Source: Candidatus Bathyarchaeota archaeon (GTDB taxonomy: Archaea > Thermoproteota > Bathyarchaeia > Bathyarchaeales > Bathycorpusculaceae). Taken from it: a DNA stretch of 64,000 nucleotides. Of this stretch, positions 54,304-64,000 are shown in pieces (within the stretch, counting starts at the first letter, position 1; every line of letters starts with the position of its first letter). The position numbers were made by a program, and so were the translations under genes. The stretch spans positions 2,816,001 through 2,880,000 of the forward strand of contig OY970340.1 of assembly GCA_963717465.1 (NCBI GenBank). The letters run 5' to 3'. The notes below the pieces were generated by a model that saw nothing but the letters and a program-made list of their open reading frames with translations, did not search any database and was not told the DNA's origin.

Positions 54304-54483
54304 TTAAAATTTTGCAAGAATTAGTTTTTCTGAGTTGACATCAACTTCGGATATTTTGCAGCCTTTAAATTCTTTGGTTTCACCGAGAATGCTTTTCACA
54401 ATTACTTTGTCTCCATCGTTTTTAGCGTAAACTGCATCTTTGAATACTGACTTTCCGTTAAGAATTACATTAAATTCGCACAT
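54304..54483 (-). CDS. CooT-family nickel-binding protein
   Basis: MCEF start, SILGETK, I.EVD. Confidence 0.8.
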   Translation of the reverse strand: MCEFNVILNGKSVFKDAVYAKNDGDKVIVKSILGETKEFKGCKISEVDVNSEKLILAKF

Positions 54484-54730
54484 AACGATTCCCTGATTTT
54501 GAAGAGCGTTTTCCGGGTAATAAGTTCTTTGATGATACTTAGACCTTATTGCGCTCAAACTTCAGCAGCAATAATTCGTTAAACCACTACTAAACAAGTA
54601 CTTTTTTTGGGTTGATTGTAATTGTAACGAAGCTACTGCAAAAGCTTTTACGAAGTTTTTTCACTATTTTATTGTGCTTAATTTACAGGGTTTTTTTAAC
54701 TTTAAAATATTATAGTTATAGAGGTCTGTT

Positions 54731-55081
54731 ATGATTTCAGTTGAAGGTCTAAAAGTAAAGGCTAAACGCATTCCCAAGAAACAGCTTGTCTCAGCTTGGA
54801 AAACTCTGACTAAACAACCGTTCCCCAACATTAGAGCAGTAAAGCTAAGCGATGAAGATTTTGACAAGATCATGCAGCAAAAACGTTGCTTTGAAGATAG
54901 TTTAAGAGAGATACAGGAATGGGGACGAATATTGCCAACTAAAGTCACCGATGCTTGCGTATTTAACGCTGATGAAAAATCTGGCGTAAACTTTATTATA
55001 CTTATTCGGGAAAACCCGTATCATAGCTTAGAAGAAATAATCTTACACGAATTGACTCATATAGCCAGAGGAGACCTTTAA
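54731..55081 (+). CDS. Hypothetical protein with HExxH motif
   Basis: ILHELTH. Confidence 0.65.
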   Translation: MISVEGLKVKAKRIPKKQLVSAWKTLTKQPFPNIRAVKLSDEDFDKIMQQKRCFEDSLREIQEWGRILPTKVTDACVFNADEKSGVNFIILIRENPYHSLEEIILHELTHIARGDL

Positions 55082-55106
55082 TTTTCCAGCAAAGCGTTCT
55101 ATTAGT

Positions 55107-55484
55107 TTACAGTTGGCCTACGTTATTTGTTTCAGTAAAAAGTTGGCCTGCACTCTTTTTTTCAGGAACAGGTCGAAAATGCATAGTTTTAGAAATTCGA
55201 CGCTTATCCAACCAGCCCATCCGAGAAAGCTGATTCAAATAGTTACTTTCAATTGCTCGGCAACGGCCAGTGAATACTGAGACCGTTGTAGCATTACACT
55301 CACCTTTCGATGCAACAGTCATGTAAGTTTTCCTAAGATGATCTGGTAACGAAAGCAATTGGACTCCGGGGATTTCAATCGGCTGGGCATTCCAGTTTGA
55401 AAAATTTTTTTCTAGGTCTTCTAGTCTATGACGGATAGTCATCATTTCATGAAAAATTTTATCAAGCACTGATCTCTTTACCAC
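55107..55484 (-). CDS. Winged-helix protein
   Basis: LPDHLRKT..TGRCRAIESNYLNQL. Confidence 0.75.
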   Translation of the reverse strand: MVKRSVLDKIFHEMMTIRHRLEDLEKNFSNWNAQPIEIPGVQLLSLPDHLRKTYMTVASKGECNATTVSVFTGRCRAIESNYLNQLSRMGWLDKRRISKTMHFRPVPEKKSAGQLFTETNNVGQL

Positions 55485-55670
55485 TTTATCTTTCCTTCTT
55501 AATTTTTGTTTAATGTTTTCCTTATGAATAGCTTAATCTAATTTGAATTTTTTTATCAATTGAATTTCATCGGTTTGTTGACTGGAGTAAAAACAAGCAA
55601 AGGCTACTTATCAAAAACTGAGAAGTTTAGTTCTCAGAACAATATTCTAGAAATAAAACTAATTTTTAGT

Positions 55671-55710
55671 GCCTGAGCCATTATGTTTACGCCTGAGTCA
55701 TTATGTTTAC
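55671..55710. repeat. Tandem repeat, 20 bp x2 (one mismatch)
   Basis: GCCTGAGCCATTATGTTTAC GCCTGAGTCATTATGTTTAC. Confidence 0.9.
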
Positions 55711-55829
55711 ACTAAGGATTCATGCCTGTCTCAAACTATTCAACAAGATATTTCCTTGTTTAGCTAAGATAGTTAATTATAATTCATGATTATTATTACG
55801 TTTCGAAGCCATTAATAAGTTGGATTTAA

Positions 55830-56255
55830 ATGCCTGAGAAAAATGCTTCGCCCATTGACATATTCAGTCTATTAACGGACGATTCTGATAAGTCTAAAAA
55901 GAAGCGTAGAGAAGAACTTTTGGCGCCAACGGGTATTATGGAGTTTTTCAAGGAAGGAAAAATCAAAATAAACACACATACCTGCCATGGAGTCGAATGC
56001 AAAAAATGCGTTAAGGTCTGCCTTACTAACGCTTTATTTTGGAGCAAAGGTCGGGTTGAAATAATAGAGGATTTATGCGTTTATTGTGGGGCTTGCGTTT
56101 TAAGTTGCATGGTTGATGATTGCATAATGATTGAACGAAAAAGAGAGACAGGGCAAGTTGAACGATTCAGCAAGCCGAAAGATGTCATAAGATTAATGGA
56201 GAAAATTAACAGCCGAAAACGTCATGAAAGAATTAACGATTTTTTCAGCAAATAG
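55830..56255 (+). CDS. 4Fe-4S dicluster protein
   Basis: CHGVECKKCVKVC and CVYCGACVLSC. Confidence 0.85.
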   Translation: MPEKNASPIDIFSLLTDDSDKSKKKRREELLAPTGIMEFFKEGKIKINTHTCHGVECKKCVKVCLTNALFWSKGRVEIIEDLCVYCGACVLSCMVDDCIMIERKRETGQVERFSKPKDVIRLMEKINSRKRHERINDFFSK

Positions 56256-56445
56256 CACACATTCAAATGCAGGGTAAGGATTACAAACAGCTGGCTGTTT
56301 ACAGTGACAATTCATTTATAACTTTTCAGAATGCATGAAAGAGTTGAAAAAAGGCTACATTATTTCCTAATTTTTGTTGCTTGCTTGGATTAGTTTTATA
56401 TTTGCCACATGTTATATGGCTAACATAGTTGAAGGGAGGAAAAAA

Positions 56446-56601
56446 ATGAAACTTGTAACAGTACTCTTGCCAGAAGCTTACCTTGAAGGCTTAGATGAAC
56501 TCGTAAGAGCTAACATGTACCCGAGCAGAAGTTCTGTAATACGGTCCGCAGTACGTGACCTGCTAAAAAAAGAACTTTGGGAAAACAAACGTGGAAGATA
56601 A
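56446..56601 (+). CDS. CopG/ribbon-helix-helix regulator (CdrS-like)
   Basis: MKLVTVLLPEAYLEGLDELV..YPSRSSVIRSAVRDLL. Confidence 0.85.
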   Translation: MKLVTVLLPEAYLEGLDELVRANMYPSRSSVIRSAVRDLLKKELWENKRGR

Positions 56602-56718
56602 AATAAAGCTGCACACAGAAACTTTTCTTTCATATTTTTAACTCACACTTTTATTAGTAATCAACCAATTGAACGATAAATACTGGCCTAATGAGATTAA
56701 AGGAAAGCATAAGAGGGT

Positions 56719-57165
56719 TTGAGTCGAAAAGAGGATTCCGCTTCTAACGCGGAAGAACTTAGCAAAAAGCTTGATCAAATAATTCATAGGCTGGACCTTC
56801 TTGAGAAATTAATTGCAGAGAAACCGGAATACGAAGGATTATCCGCCGCATTAGGACTCACACGCATGGGCATAGGAATGTACGGTGAACCATTGAAGAT
56901 TGTTTCACGTTTGAAGAATGCTGAAAAATACCTGCGGCAAAAACCAATCGTGCAAGATGAAATTTCAAGATGCGTTATCCAGGCTTTAGCTGTCAAAGGA
57001 GCGCTGAACATTTCTGCAATTACCCGGCAAGTAACAGCGATGCGTGGAAAAGCAAGCAGGCGAATAATACGCGAGAGGGTGAAAAAACTTCAAAGTCAAG
57101 GTATCTTGTTGCAGAGAGAAGGGAAACTACCCACTTACGAGTTGGTGGAACAGGCTGACCACTAA
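56719..57165 (+). CDS. Winged-helix putative regulator
   Basis: [22 protein letters not shown]. Confidence 0.7.
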   Translation: MSRKEDSASNAEELSKKLDQIIHRLDLLEKLIAEKPEYEGLSAALGLTRMGIGMYGEPLKIVSRLKNAEKYLRQKPIVQDEISRCVIQALAVKGALNISAITRQVTAMRGKASRRIIRERVKKLQSQGILLQREGKLPTYELVEQADH

Positions 57166-57251
57166 CTGGTCACAATTGCGCAGAAAATACAAATCAACTG
57201 ATCACCTTTTATTATTTCAAAGTTAGAAAAAAATATAATTGCAGAGTTGGT

Positions 57252-57773
57252 TTGATGTCAAATATTTGGTTTAGAATGATGGCGTTCGAGTTCAAAATAA
57301 GGGATTTTTTCCATCCACGCCAAGAAATTGTAAGTGAGATAGAGCTAAGAAGTGGGTTTCAAGTGTTGGACTATGGCTGCGGACCAGGTGGTTATGTGTT
57401 TCCTGTTGCTAAAGCCATAGGACCCTCAGGCACATTGTATGCATTGGATGCTATGCCGCTTGCCATTGAGATGGTTAAGAAGACTGCAGCAAAAAAGGGA
57501 TTGAAAAACGTGAAAACGATTCTTTCCGAATGCAATACTGGTCTTCTACATCAAGAATTAGATGTTGTTTTGCTTTACGATGTTTTCCACGATTTAATCG
57601 ACAAGAAGGCAGTGTTGAGTGAACTTAACAGAGTACTTAAGCCAAATGGATTATTATCATTCAGCGATCATCATATGAAAGAGAAGGATATAATCGAAAA
57701 AATAACAGATACAGGATTGTTTAGATTTCAAAATAAGAATAAACATACCTACAGCTTTACTAGAAAAAATTAG
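57252..57773 (+). CDS. Class I SAM methyltransferase
   Basis: VLDYGCGPG, RVLKPNG. Confidence 0.9.
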   Translation: MMSNIWFRMMAFEFKIRDFFHPRQEIVSEIELRSGFQVLDYGCGPGGYVFPVAKAIGPSGTLYALDAMPLAIEMVKKTAAKKGLKNVKTILSECNTGLLHQELDVVLLYDVFHDLIDKKAVLSELNRVLKPNGLLSFSDHHMKEKDIIEKITDTGLFRFQNKNKHTYSFTRKN

Positions 57774-58043
57774 TTTTTCACCTTTTTTGTCATCAAACCT
57801 GATATTATTTAATTTTTTAATGCGCATTAAGACACCTAAAATTCAAAAAGTAGAAAGTGGCAACCCGCTGTTATTTGTCCTATAATTAGCAATCATGTAA
57901 ATTTTAAAAAGAATAAAAGTGAATGATAAGGGCTTCCTGAAGGATTGCGGCTTACAGGCTGAGTGATTAACACAAATGGTCAGAGGTTGGTCACTTTTGC
58001 ACAGAACACCTAACTACAGTGACCAGACTATATTGTTTTCAGG

Positions 58044-58439
58044 GTGAAAAATATGGCACATGAAGAAAGAAAAGATAAGATGATAGAGTCAGAAAATCTT
58101 AAGGAAATACTCGGCGTTGTCTCCACAGAAATACCAACAATGATAAAGACTATTTTGTCTTCAGTTTTTTCTGAAGAAGCTGGAAAAAATATGGGCAAGG
58201 CTGCAGCAGCATACTACAAAGAATTGAAAAATGGTGGGCTACCTGAAGCGGTAGCAGTGAAAATGACGGAAGATTACATGAAAACTTTCACAAGCATCGG
58301 CGACATGCTCAAGACTGCTGGCAGAGGTAATTGGGGTCATCATGGTCACGGTGAAGATGACGAGATGAGTAAACAAATCCATAAACATATCCAAGAGAGA
58401 CTCCAGAAAAGCGCAGACAAAGAAGGGGAAGACGAATAA
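58044..58439 (+). CDS. Hypothetical protein
   Basis: Open frame with GKAAAAYYKELK.GG. Confidence 0.75.
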   Translation: MKNMAHEERKDKMIESENLKEILGVVSTEIPTMIKTILSSVFSEEAGKNMGKAAAAYYKELKNGGLPEAVAVKMTEDYMKTFTSIGDMLKTAGRGNWGHHGHGEDDEMSKQIHKHIQERLQKSADKEGEDE

Positions 58440-58467
58440 GCTTCCCTCTTCTAACCATGCAAGAGAA

Positions 58468-58734
58468 GTGATTGCTGTGAGTGCTACTTCCACCGTGACT
58501 ACAGCGATAAAAGCGTCGCCACAAATAACTCTAATGTCTCTTAACATCCTCTGGACATATTGGACTCTTGGCAGAAGAGTTAATAAGACCAGAAAGGCCT
58601 TCGAAAGGCAACTTGTTAAGCAAGGCATGTCCAAAGAAGACGCAAAACGCCTCAGTGCTTGTTATCAAGAACTCAAAGATAACATCACACAAACGCTTAA
58701 ACAAAGCGTAATAAGCAGTCTAAGACAACAGTAA
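58468..58734 (+). CDS. Hypothetical protein
   Basis: Open frame co-oriented with the previous gene. Confidence 0.65.
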   Translation: MIAVSATSTVTTAIKASPQITLMSLNILWTYWTLGRRVNKTRKAFERQLVKQGMSKEDAKRLSACYQELKDNITQTLKQSVISSLRQQ

Positions 58735-58742
58735 ATCGATGC

Positions 58743-59513
58743 CTATTTGCATTCAGCAGTTTGCCTTGAGAGTTTAATCGCTACCTCGGCTGGATCTTGG
58801 GCAAGAGTTATTTCGCGTCCAACGATGAGGTAACTGGCACCCGCTTTTAACGCTGCTTCTACTGCTCCGCCTTGCGCGCCTATTCCTGGCGAGTAAATTG
58901 GAATTTTCTTTCCAACTATATCGTGTATTTCACGTATTTTTTCGGGCACTGTTGCTCCAACTACTAATCCGTCAGCACCCCATTTCAATGATTTACGCGC
59001 AAAAGAAACGTATTGAGCCGTTTTTTCGCCTGTTTGAGCATCGAGTACTGTTTGGCCATACCCTTCTTTTGCCCCACTGTGACTCATATACCCAAGAAGT
59101 ATCACCCCGCGATCAAGTTTTTGCGCGACTGAAAAAATGGGTTTTAAGCCTTCATCCCACCCTACGAATGGATTAGCTATTATAGCATCAAAACCTGCAG
59201 CATAATAGTATTCAGCTATCACCGTGTTAGTGGCCCCAATATCGTTAACTTTTGCATCCATGATTGCAAGCAACCCTTTCTGATGAATTAAAGAAACAAG
59301 TTTCTGCACACCATCAAAAACGCCCAGTGGAAGAACAAGATGATGATTGAATTTCACAGCACAAACATACGGATGAACAGCTTCAACAATGTTTTGCGCT
59401 TTATCAAAAAGTAACTGTTTATTCTTTGGGTTTTCAAAGGGTAAATCTAAAGCCAATATAATTTTCGAATTCCTGTTTCTTGCAGTTTCTGATATCTTAG
59501 CTTTAAACGACAC
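58743..59513 (-). CDS. pyrF: Orotidine 5'-phosphate decarboxylase
   Basis: DAKVNDIGAT, VVGAT, PGIGAQGG, VGR. Confidence 0.95.
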   Translation of the reverse strand: MSFKAKISETARNRNSKIILALDLPFENPKNKQLLFDKAQNIVEAVHPYVCAVKFNHHLVLPLGVFDGVQKLVSLIHQKGLLAIMDAKVNDIGATNTVIAEYYYAAGFDAIIANPFVGWDEGLKPIFSVAQKLDRGVILLGYMSHSGAKEGYGQTVLDAQTGEKTAQYVSFARKSLKWGADGLVVGATVPEKIREIHDIVGKKIPIYSPGIGAQGGAVEAALKAGASYLIVGREITLAQDPAEVAIKLSRQTAECK

Positions 59514-59734
59514 TGAGCACCAATCCTAATCCATATTTTCTGTTCTTACGAATAACCTTTACTGTTTAAAACTTAATTGTGAAAAATGATGCCACTCCTA
59601 ACTCTTCGGATTATCCGTTTTTGGCAGGTCAAAAATACGCTTGCTCATGAATTTGCGCAATCAATTTGTTTGAATGCTTTTTATGTGCTTATCAAGGCAC
59701 TGTCAATAGTGTCAGTTGAAATTTTTTCAGTCCA

Positions 59735-59983
59735 TCAAAGCTGGTGCCGCCTCTTTGCCCGCTTAACAGCATCTTCCAAGGCAAGTTTCTCAGATAGCGC
59801 TCTCAGTTCCTTGTGCTCCTTGCGGCTAGGTAGCCAATTCGTTGCTTCTTCCTCAGGAATCTTTGGAAGCGGTATTGTGACAAAAAACGTGCTTGACGGT
59901 ATTACTATTGCTTGCGATTTACGTAAACCCATTTCCTTTGGAATAGTCATTCTGCCTCTTTCGTCGATTTTCACCACAACCAA
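59735..59983 (-). CDS. AbrB/MazE/VapB-type antitoxin-like protein
   Basis: VKIDERGRMTIPKE. Confidence 0.75.
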   Translation of the reverse strand: MVVVKIDERGRMTIPKEMGLRKSQAIVIPSSTFFVTIPLPKIPEEEATNWLPSRKEHKELRALSEKLALEDAVKRAKRRHQL

Positions 59984-60153
59984 ACAAATTCCTCACTATA
60001 TTTAATTCGCCTGCAACTATTATATCATTCATTTAAGGTATTGTTTTTCTTTGGAAATTTAACTTTGAATTTACCTGCTTGAAAGCCCTTTAACTTATTA
60101 CTATGAATTGTCAGTTTAGTTCTATTAACATGTGCCTTCAAGAGAGGAAACAA

Positions 60154-62072
60154 ATGATTAAGAGTCTCGCGGAAAAAATCATTGCTCGACATTTAACGCA
60201 GGGCAAAATGAATGTAGGTGAAGAAATAGGCTTAAAAATTGACCATACACTAACGCAGGATTCAACTGGCACGTTGGCTTACCTTGAATTTGAAGCGATG
60301 GGGATTCCCCAAGTTAAAACGCAGCTTAGCTTGAGCTTTGTTGATCATAACATGCTTCAGAACGACTTCAGGAATCCTGATGATCACCGTTACTTGCAGG
60401 GTGTTGCTGCGAAGTATGGAATCGTGTTTTCTCGTCCGGGCAATGGGATTTGCCATCAGCTTTACCTTGAACGCTTTGCCAAGCCATCAATTACGCTTCT
60501 GGGAAGCGACAGTCATACTCCGACTGCAGGTGGCATGGGTATGATCGCAATCGGGTCAGGGGGGCTTGATGTTGCTGCGGCGATGGCTGGTGAACCCTTC
60601 TACATGGAGATGCCGAGCGTTTTGGGAGTAAAATTAATTGGAAAACTTTCGCCTTTCGTTTCAGCCAAAGATGTGATTCTCAAGGTTCTAAAGGAATTAA
60701 CTGTGAAAGGCGGAGTAGGCAAAGTCTTAGAATATTTTGGTCCAGGCGTTAAAACATTAAGCGTTCCCGAACGGGGAACAATCGCTAACATGGGAACTGA
60801 GACTGGAGCTACAACATCCATTTTCCCATCAGACCAAGTTACCCAAGCATTCCTTCACGGGCAAGGAAGAGAAAACCAGTGGATCGAGCTAAAAGCAGAC
60901 GACGAAGTAAAGTACCGTGAAGTTATTGAAATTGACCTGGGCAAAGTTGAACCATTAATAGCGTTGCCTCACAGCCCTGACAACATAAAAACCGTAACTG
61001 AAGTTGAAGGAACAATAGTCGATCAAGTTTGCATTGGAAGCTGCACAAACTCTTCCCTTCGCGATCTAAAGATTGTCAGCGCCTTGCTGAAAGACAAGAA
61101 AATCAAAGACAACGTAAGCCTCACAGTTTCACCAGGTTCCCGACAAGCCTTAGAGAACCTAGCTGCAACTGGTGAACTTATGCCGTTAATTACTGCTGGC
61201 GCTCGAATCTTGGAAAATGCTTGTGGTCCGTGTATTGGAATTGGCCAGGCACCGACAAGTGAGGGCGTATCCCTTAGAACGTTTAACCGAAACTTTAAGG
61301 GTCGCTCTGGAACCCAAGACGCAAAAGTTTACCTCGTAAGCCCAGAAACGGCAGTTGCATCTGCCATTGACGGAAAAATTACTGACCCAAGAAAACTCGG
61401 CAAATACCCCAAGATAGAGCTTCCAGAAAAATTCATAATCAGCGATAACATGTTTATTTATCCAACTAATAATTATTCCGTTCCAATTGTTATGGGCCCA
61501 AATATTAGGCCGCTTCCTGTCTTTGAGCCAATGCCAAACCAATTCACTGCTGAAGTTGTGCTAAAGTTAGGTGATAACATCACAACCGATGACATTATTC
61601 CAGGTGGCACTGAAATTATGGCTTTAAGAAGCAACATTCCTGAAATAAGCAAGTTCACTTTTTGCCGCTTAGACAAGACTTTCGCTGGTCGCGCAGCAAA
61701 AAAACTGCAGGATGCATAGTCGGCGGCGAAAATTATGGTCAAGGCTCATCAAGAGAGCACGCGGCGCTTGCGCCTAGATATCTCGGTGTGAATGCTATCC
61801 TTGCTAAATCTTTTGCCAGAATTCATTTAGCTAACTTGGTTAACTTTGGAATTTTACCCTTAACTTTTAAGGATAAAAAGGATTACGACAGCATCACGCA
61901 AGGTGACATGCTTGAATTAAATACGACCAATTTAACCAACGACCTCATAGTAAAGAATAATGCTATGGGCAAAGAAATCAAAGTATCACTGAACTTAAGC
62001 AGCATGGAAAAAGACATCATTAAAGCAGGTGGAAAATTAGCCGCTATAAAAGCCAAGCAGATTAAAAAATAG
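60154..62072 (+). CDS. Aconitate hydratase, frameshifted in an A-run near 61700
   Basis: DSHT, IGSCTN, CGPCIG, NRNF; swivel domain GENYGQGSSREHA in the next frame. Confidence 0.92.
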
Positions 62073-62120
62073 CAATCATTTAAATTATTTTTTTCCAAAA
62101 AGCGTTTTTAGCCTGCAAAC

Positions 62121-62465
62121 TCACAAAATGGTTTCAGGTCTAATGGTGTTTCTTTTCTCGCGAATAAGCATTAGTACGATGACCCCTAAAGCGATTAATG
62201 CAGCTGCTGTTCCGTAAGCGGCTTGCACAGGTGACATTGGGCATTGTGTAGTTTCAGTTATCAACGCTGAGGTTTGCGACGCGAGTAGTGATAAAGGCAA
62301 AATTGTGGATTGAGAAGTAAGTGGTTCTTTGCTTTCGACGGTTGGCACTATGCTACAAGCGATGATTGTGATGATAATGAAAATTGCGATTGAAATTGCT
62401 GTTGCTGTCTTAGTATTCGGCTTCATCATCCACGTAGACCCTTGGACACCCAGTATTGCATGCAT
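62121..62465 (-). CDS. Hypothetical membrane protein
   Basis: Two hydrophobic segments. Confidence 0.5.
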   Translation of the reverse strand: MHAILGVQGSTWMMKPNTKTATAISIAIFIIITIIACSIVPTVESKEPLTSQSTILPLSLLASQTSALITETTQCPMSPVQAAYGTAAALIALGVIVLMLIREKRNTIRPETIL

Positions 62466-62535
62466 GATATTTAAAATTAACTAAACAAAACCTGTAAATT
62501 CAGTGCATTTGATACAAAAATAAAGCCATTTATCG

Positions 62536-62988
62536 CTAACTTGCTATATAAATAGCTAATTCAGCAAGTTTAGGCAGATTATTAATTTCAATGGATTTTC
62601 CTGTTAAAAAATGTGTAATTTTAGGGTTCGCCTTTGCGCCCAGAGTAACCAGTCTATCGCCTTTATAGGATAAAGTTACCGTTATTCCAGCATCCCAAAG
62701 TTCATCAGCCGCTTCTTTTAATGTATCAAGCAAGTTTCGGACATGCTGTAATCTTCCCGTCGTTCTCCTAGTTCTCGCGGTTTTCGTTGTATTCATTTGT
62801 GTAGAGCGGTTTGATTTATTCGAGGCGTCTCGGACAGCTGAGAACATTTCTTTTACAAATTCTTTGTTAATTGCGTTTAAGTCGATTATTTTGTTTGTGG
62901 CTCTCACTTCAAGGTCTTTAGCATTATCCATATATAAGGTGACTTTTCCAGATTCTATAATCTGAGCTAATTGGGTAGTAAACCCCAT
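62536..62988 (-). CDS. Hypothetical protein
   Basis: Open frame with RBS-like upstream sequence. Confidence 0.65.
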   Translation of the reverse strand: MGFTTQLAQIIESGKVTLYMDNAKDLEVRATNKIIDLNAINKEFVKEMFSAVRDASNKSNRSTQMNTTKTARTRRTTGRLQHVRNLLDTLKEAADELWDAGITVTLSYKGDRLVTLGAKANPKITHFLTGKSIEINNLPKLAELAIYIAS

Positions 62989-63012
62989 TACTTGCCTGCC
63001 CTACGATTTTTT

Positions 63013-63231
63013 TTATTGCTGCTGTTTTGTGACTATCTCTAAAACTATTGCTCCGTTTAGTTTTACTCTGACTAAATCTGATTCAAGGGTGAGGTCTTCA
63101 AAACCAAATTTTACATTGGCTTGTTTACCCGTAAGTTTGTCGATTACTGCAAGTACAGTTGAGCTAAAGGTCTCAGCAGCATTTTGCACTTTTCTATCTA
63201 TTTCTCGACTGACATCTTCCATATTCTTCAC
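63013..63231 (-). CDS. Hypothetical protein
   Basis: Open frame co-oriented with neighbours. Confidence 0.6.
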   Translation of the reverse strand: MKNMEDVSREIDRKVQNAAETFSSTVLAVIDKLTGKQANVKFGFEDLTLESDLVRVKLNGAIVLEIVTKQQQ

Positions 63232-63377
63232 TTTACCATAGTATAGTTGGTTAATATGATATAATAAATCGGTATAAAAGCTTGTGTAAATACTGAATAT
63301 TTACTCATTTTAGTGATGAAAGATTATTTACACATTTTTGTATGCAATAATGCGCTCAATAGCCCTCATTATTTCAT

Positions 63378-63668
63378 CTAATACCTATCACTAAGTACCT
63401 CAGATAGAAGATTTTGCAGTTCAGCCTTTGTTAAGCCCTTAACAAGCACCTGTTTTTGTTTTGAAGTTAAACCCGAAACAAGATCAACCTTTGCGTGAAA
63501 AAGCTTTGTCAATTCCTTGATTAATTCTTTATTCACCTTTCCCTTCACCGGCTCCTGAGTACAGCGAACAACTATTTCGTTGTTGTCAAGCGTCAGTTGA
63601 AATTTAGGCGAGTTCGGTTTAACAAAAAGTGTAACTAATACGCCGTCTTTGGTTTCTGTAATGTTCAT
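63378..63668 (-). CDS. DUF167/YggU (UPF0235) protein
   Basis: VKPNS..PVKGKVNKEL..G.TSK.K. Confidence 0.88.
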   Translation of the reverse strand: MNITETKDGVLVTLFVKPNSPKFQLTLDNNEIVVRCTQEPVKGKVNKELIKELTKLFHAKVDLVSGLTSKQKQVLVKGLTKAELQNLLSEVLSDRY

Positions 63669-64000
63669 TGGGGTGCGCACTCAGCCTTCGCATTGTTGGT
63701 TTCCAATGCCCAGCTGAACTTGTTGCGTAACGTTTTCGGGTAGAACTTGTCGATTGAGAAATTTACTTTTTTGGCCCATTTCACGTATGCGGTGGGATCA
63801 ATGTAGGATTTCAGCGATGTGCCTAAATTATATTCTTTGGTGAGTTTTGTTAATTCAATATCCAGCTTGGCTTTTTCAATCCTCGCTGTTAATGATTCGG
63901 TTTTTTTGCCTTCAGCTTTCTTTGCTTCAAGTTGGGCTTCAAGGTTTTTGAGGTTCTCTTCTTTCTTGACTAAGCGAGCGTCAAACGTTGGTGGAATTTT
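63665..64000 (-). CDS. DNA topoisomerase IB, C-terminal part (eukaryote-like)
   Basis: Manual translation ...EYNLGTSLKSYIDP...YPKTLRNKFSWA, the catalytic-Tyr motif; stop overlaps the DUF167 ATG. Confidence 0.85.
   Translation of the reverse strand, partial: KIPPTFDARLVKKEENLKNLEAQLEAKKAEGKKTESLTARIEKAKLDIELTKLTKEYNLGTSLKSYIDPTAYVKWAKKVNFSIDKFYPKTLRNKFSWALETNNAKAECAPQ

Noticed and set aside
59586..59734. PIN toxin downstream of the AbrB-type gene
   Set aside because: No intact or recognisable PIN frame

Overview
Archaeal chromosomal window, most likely Bathyarchaeia. This is inferred from rpl22e, a eukaryote-like topoisomerase IB, a thermosome, TrmB regulators and archaeal LeuRS. It has two parts. 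(1) Positions 1 to ~18.76 kb form an accessory cluster for corrinoid-dependent methyl transfer: MttB-family methyltransferase, corrinoid protein, RACo/ASKHA activator, URO-D/MtaA-fold protein, GcvH plus lipoate ligase, HdrBC, two SCP2 proteins and a thermosome paralogue. It ends in an integrase-tail remnant. The cluster carries selenocysteine-decoding genes: a 9/4-fold tRNA with UCA anticodon (13634-13725) directly upstream of a PSTK-SelB fusion. The URO-D/MtaA-fold gene, split in the ORF track, is one 412-codon frame with two in-frame TGA codons, so it is a candidate new selenoenzyme. Five promoters in the cluster share a conserved upstream architecture. (2) From ~18.8 kb on, the genes are mostly housekeeping (leuS, tpiA, galT, nikR, dinB, pfk, pyrF, aconitase, topIB). 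Exceptions are an unannotated 14-aa Trp-containing micro-ORF between an MFS exporter and a degenerate prenyltransferase (ComX/ComQ-like arrangement), and a C/D-box sRNA predicted to guide 16S Cm1402. About nine genes have single-base frameshifts, mostly in homopolymers, which suggests long-read consensus errors. All calls are from reading the sequence; no searches were run.
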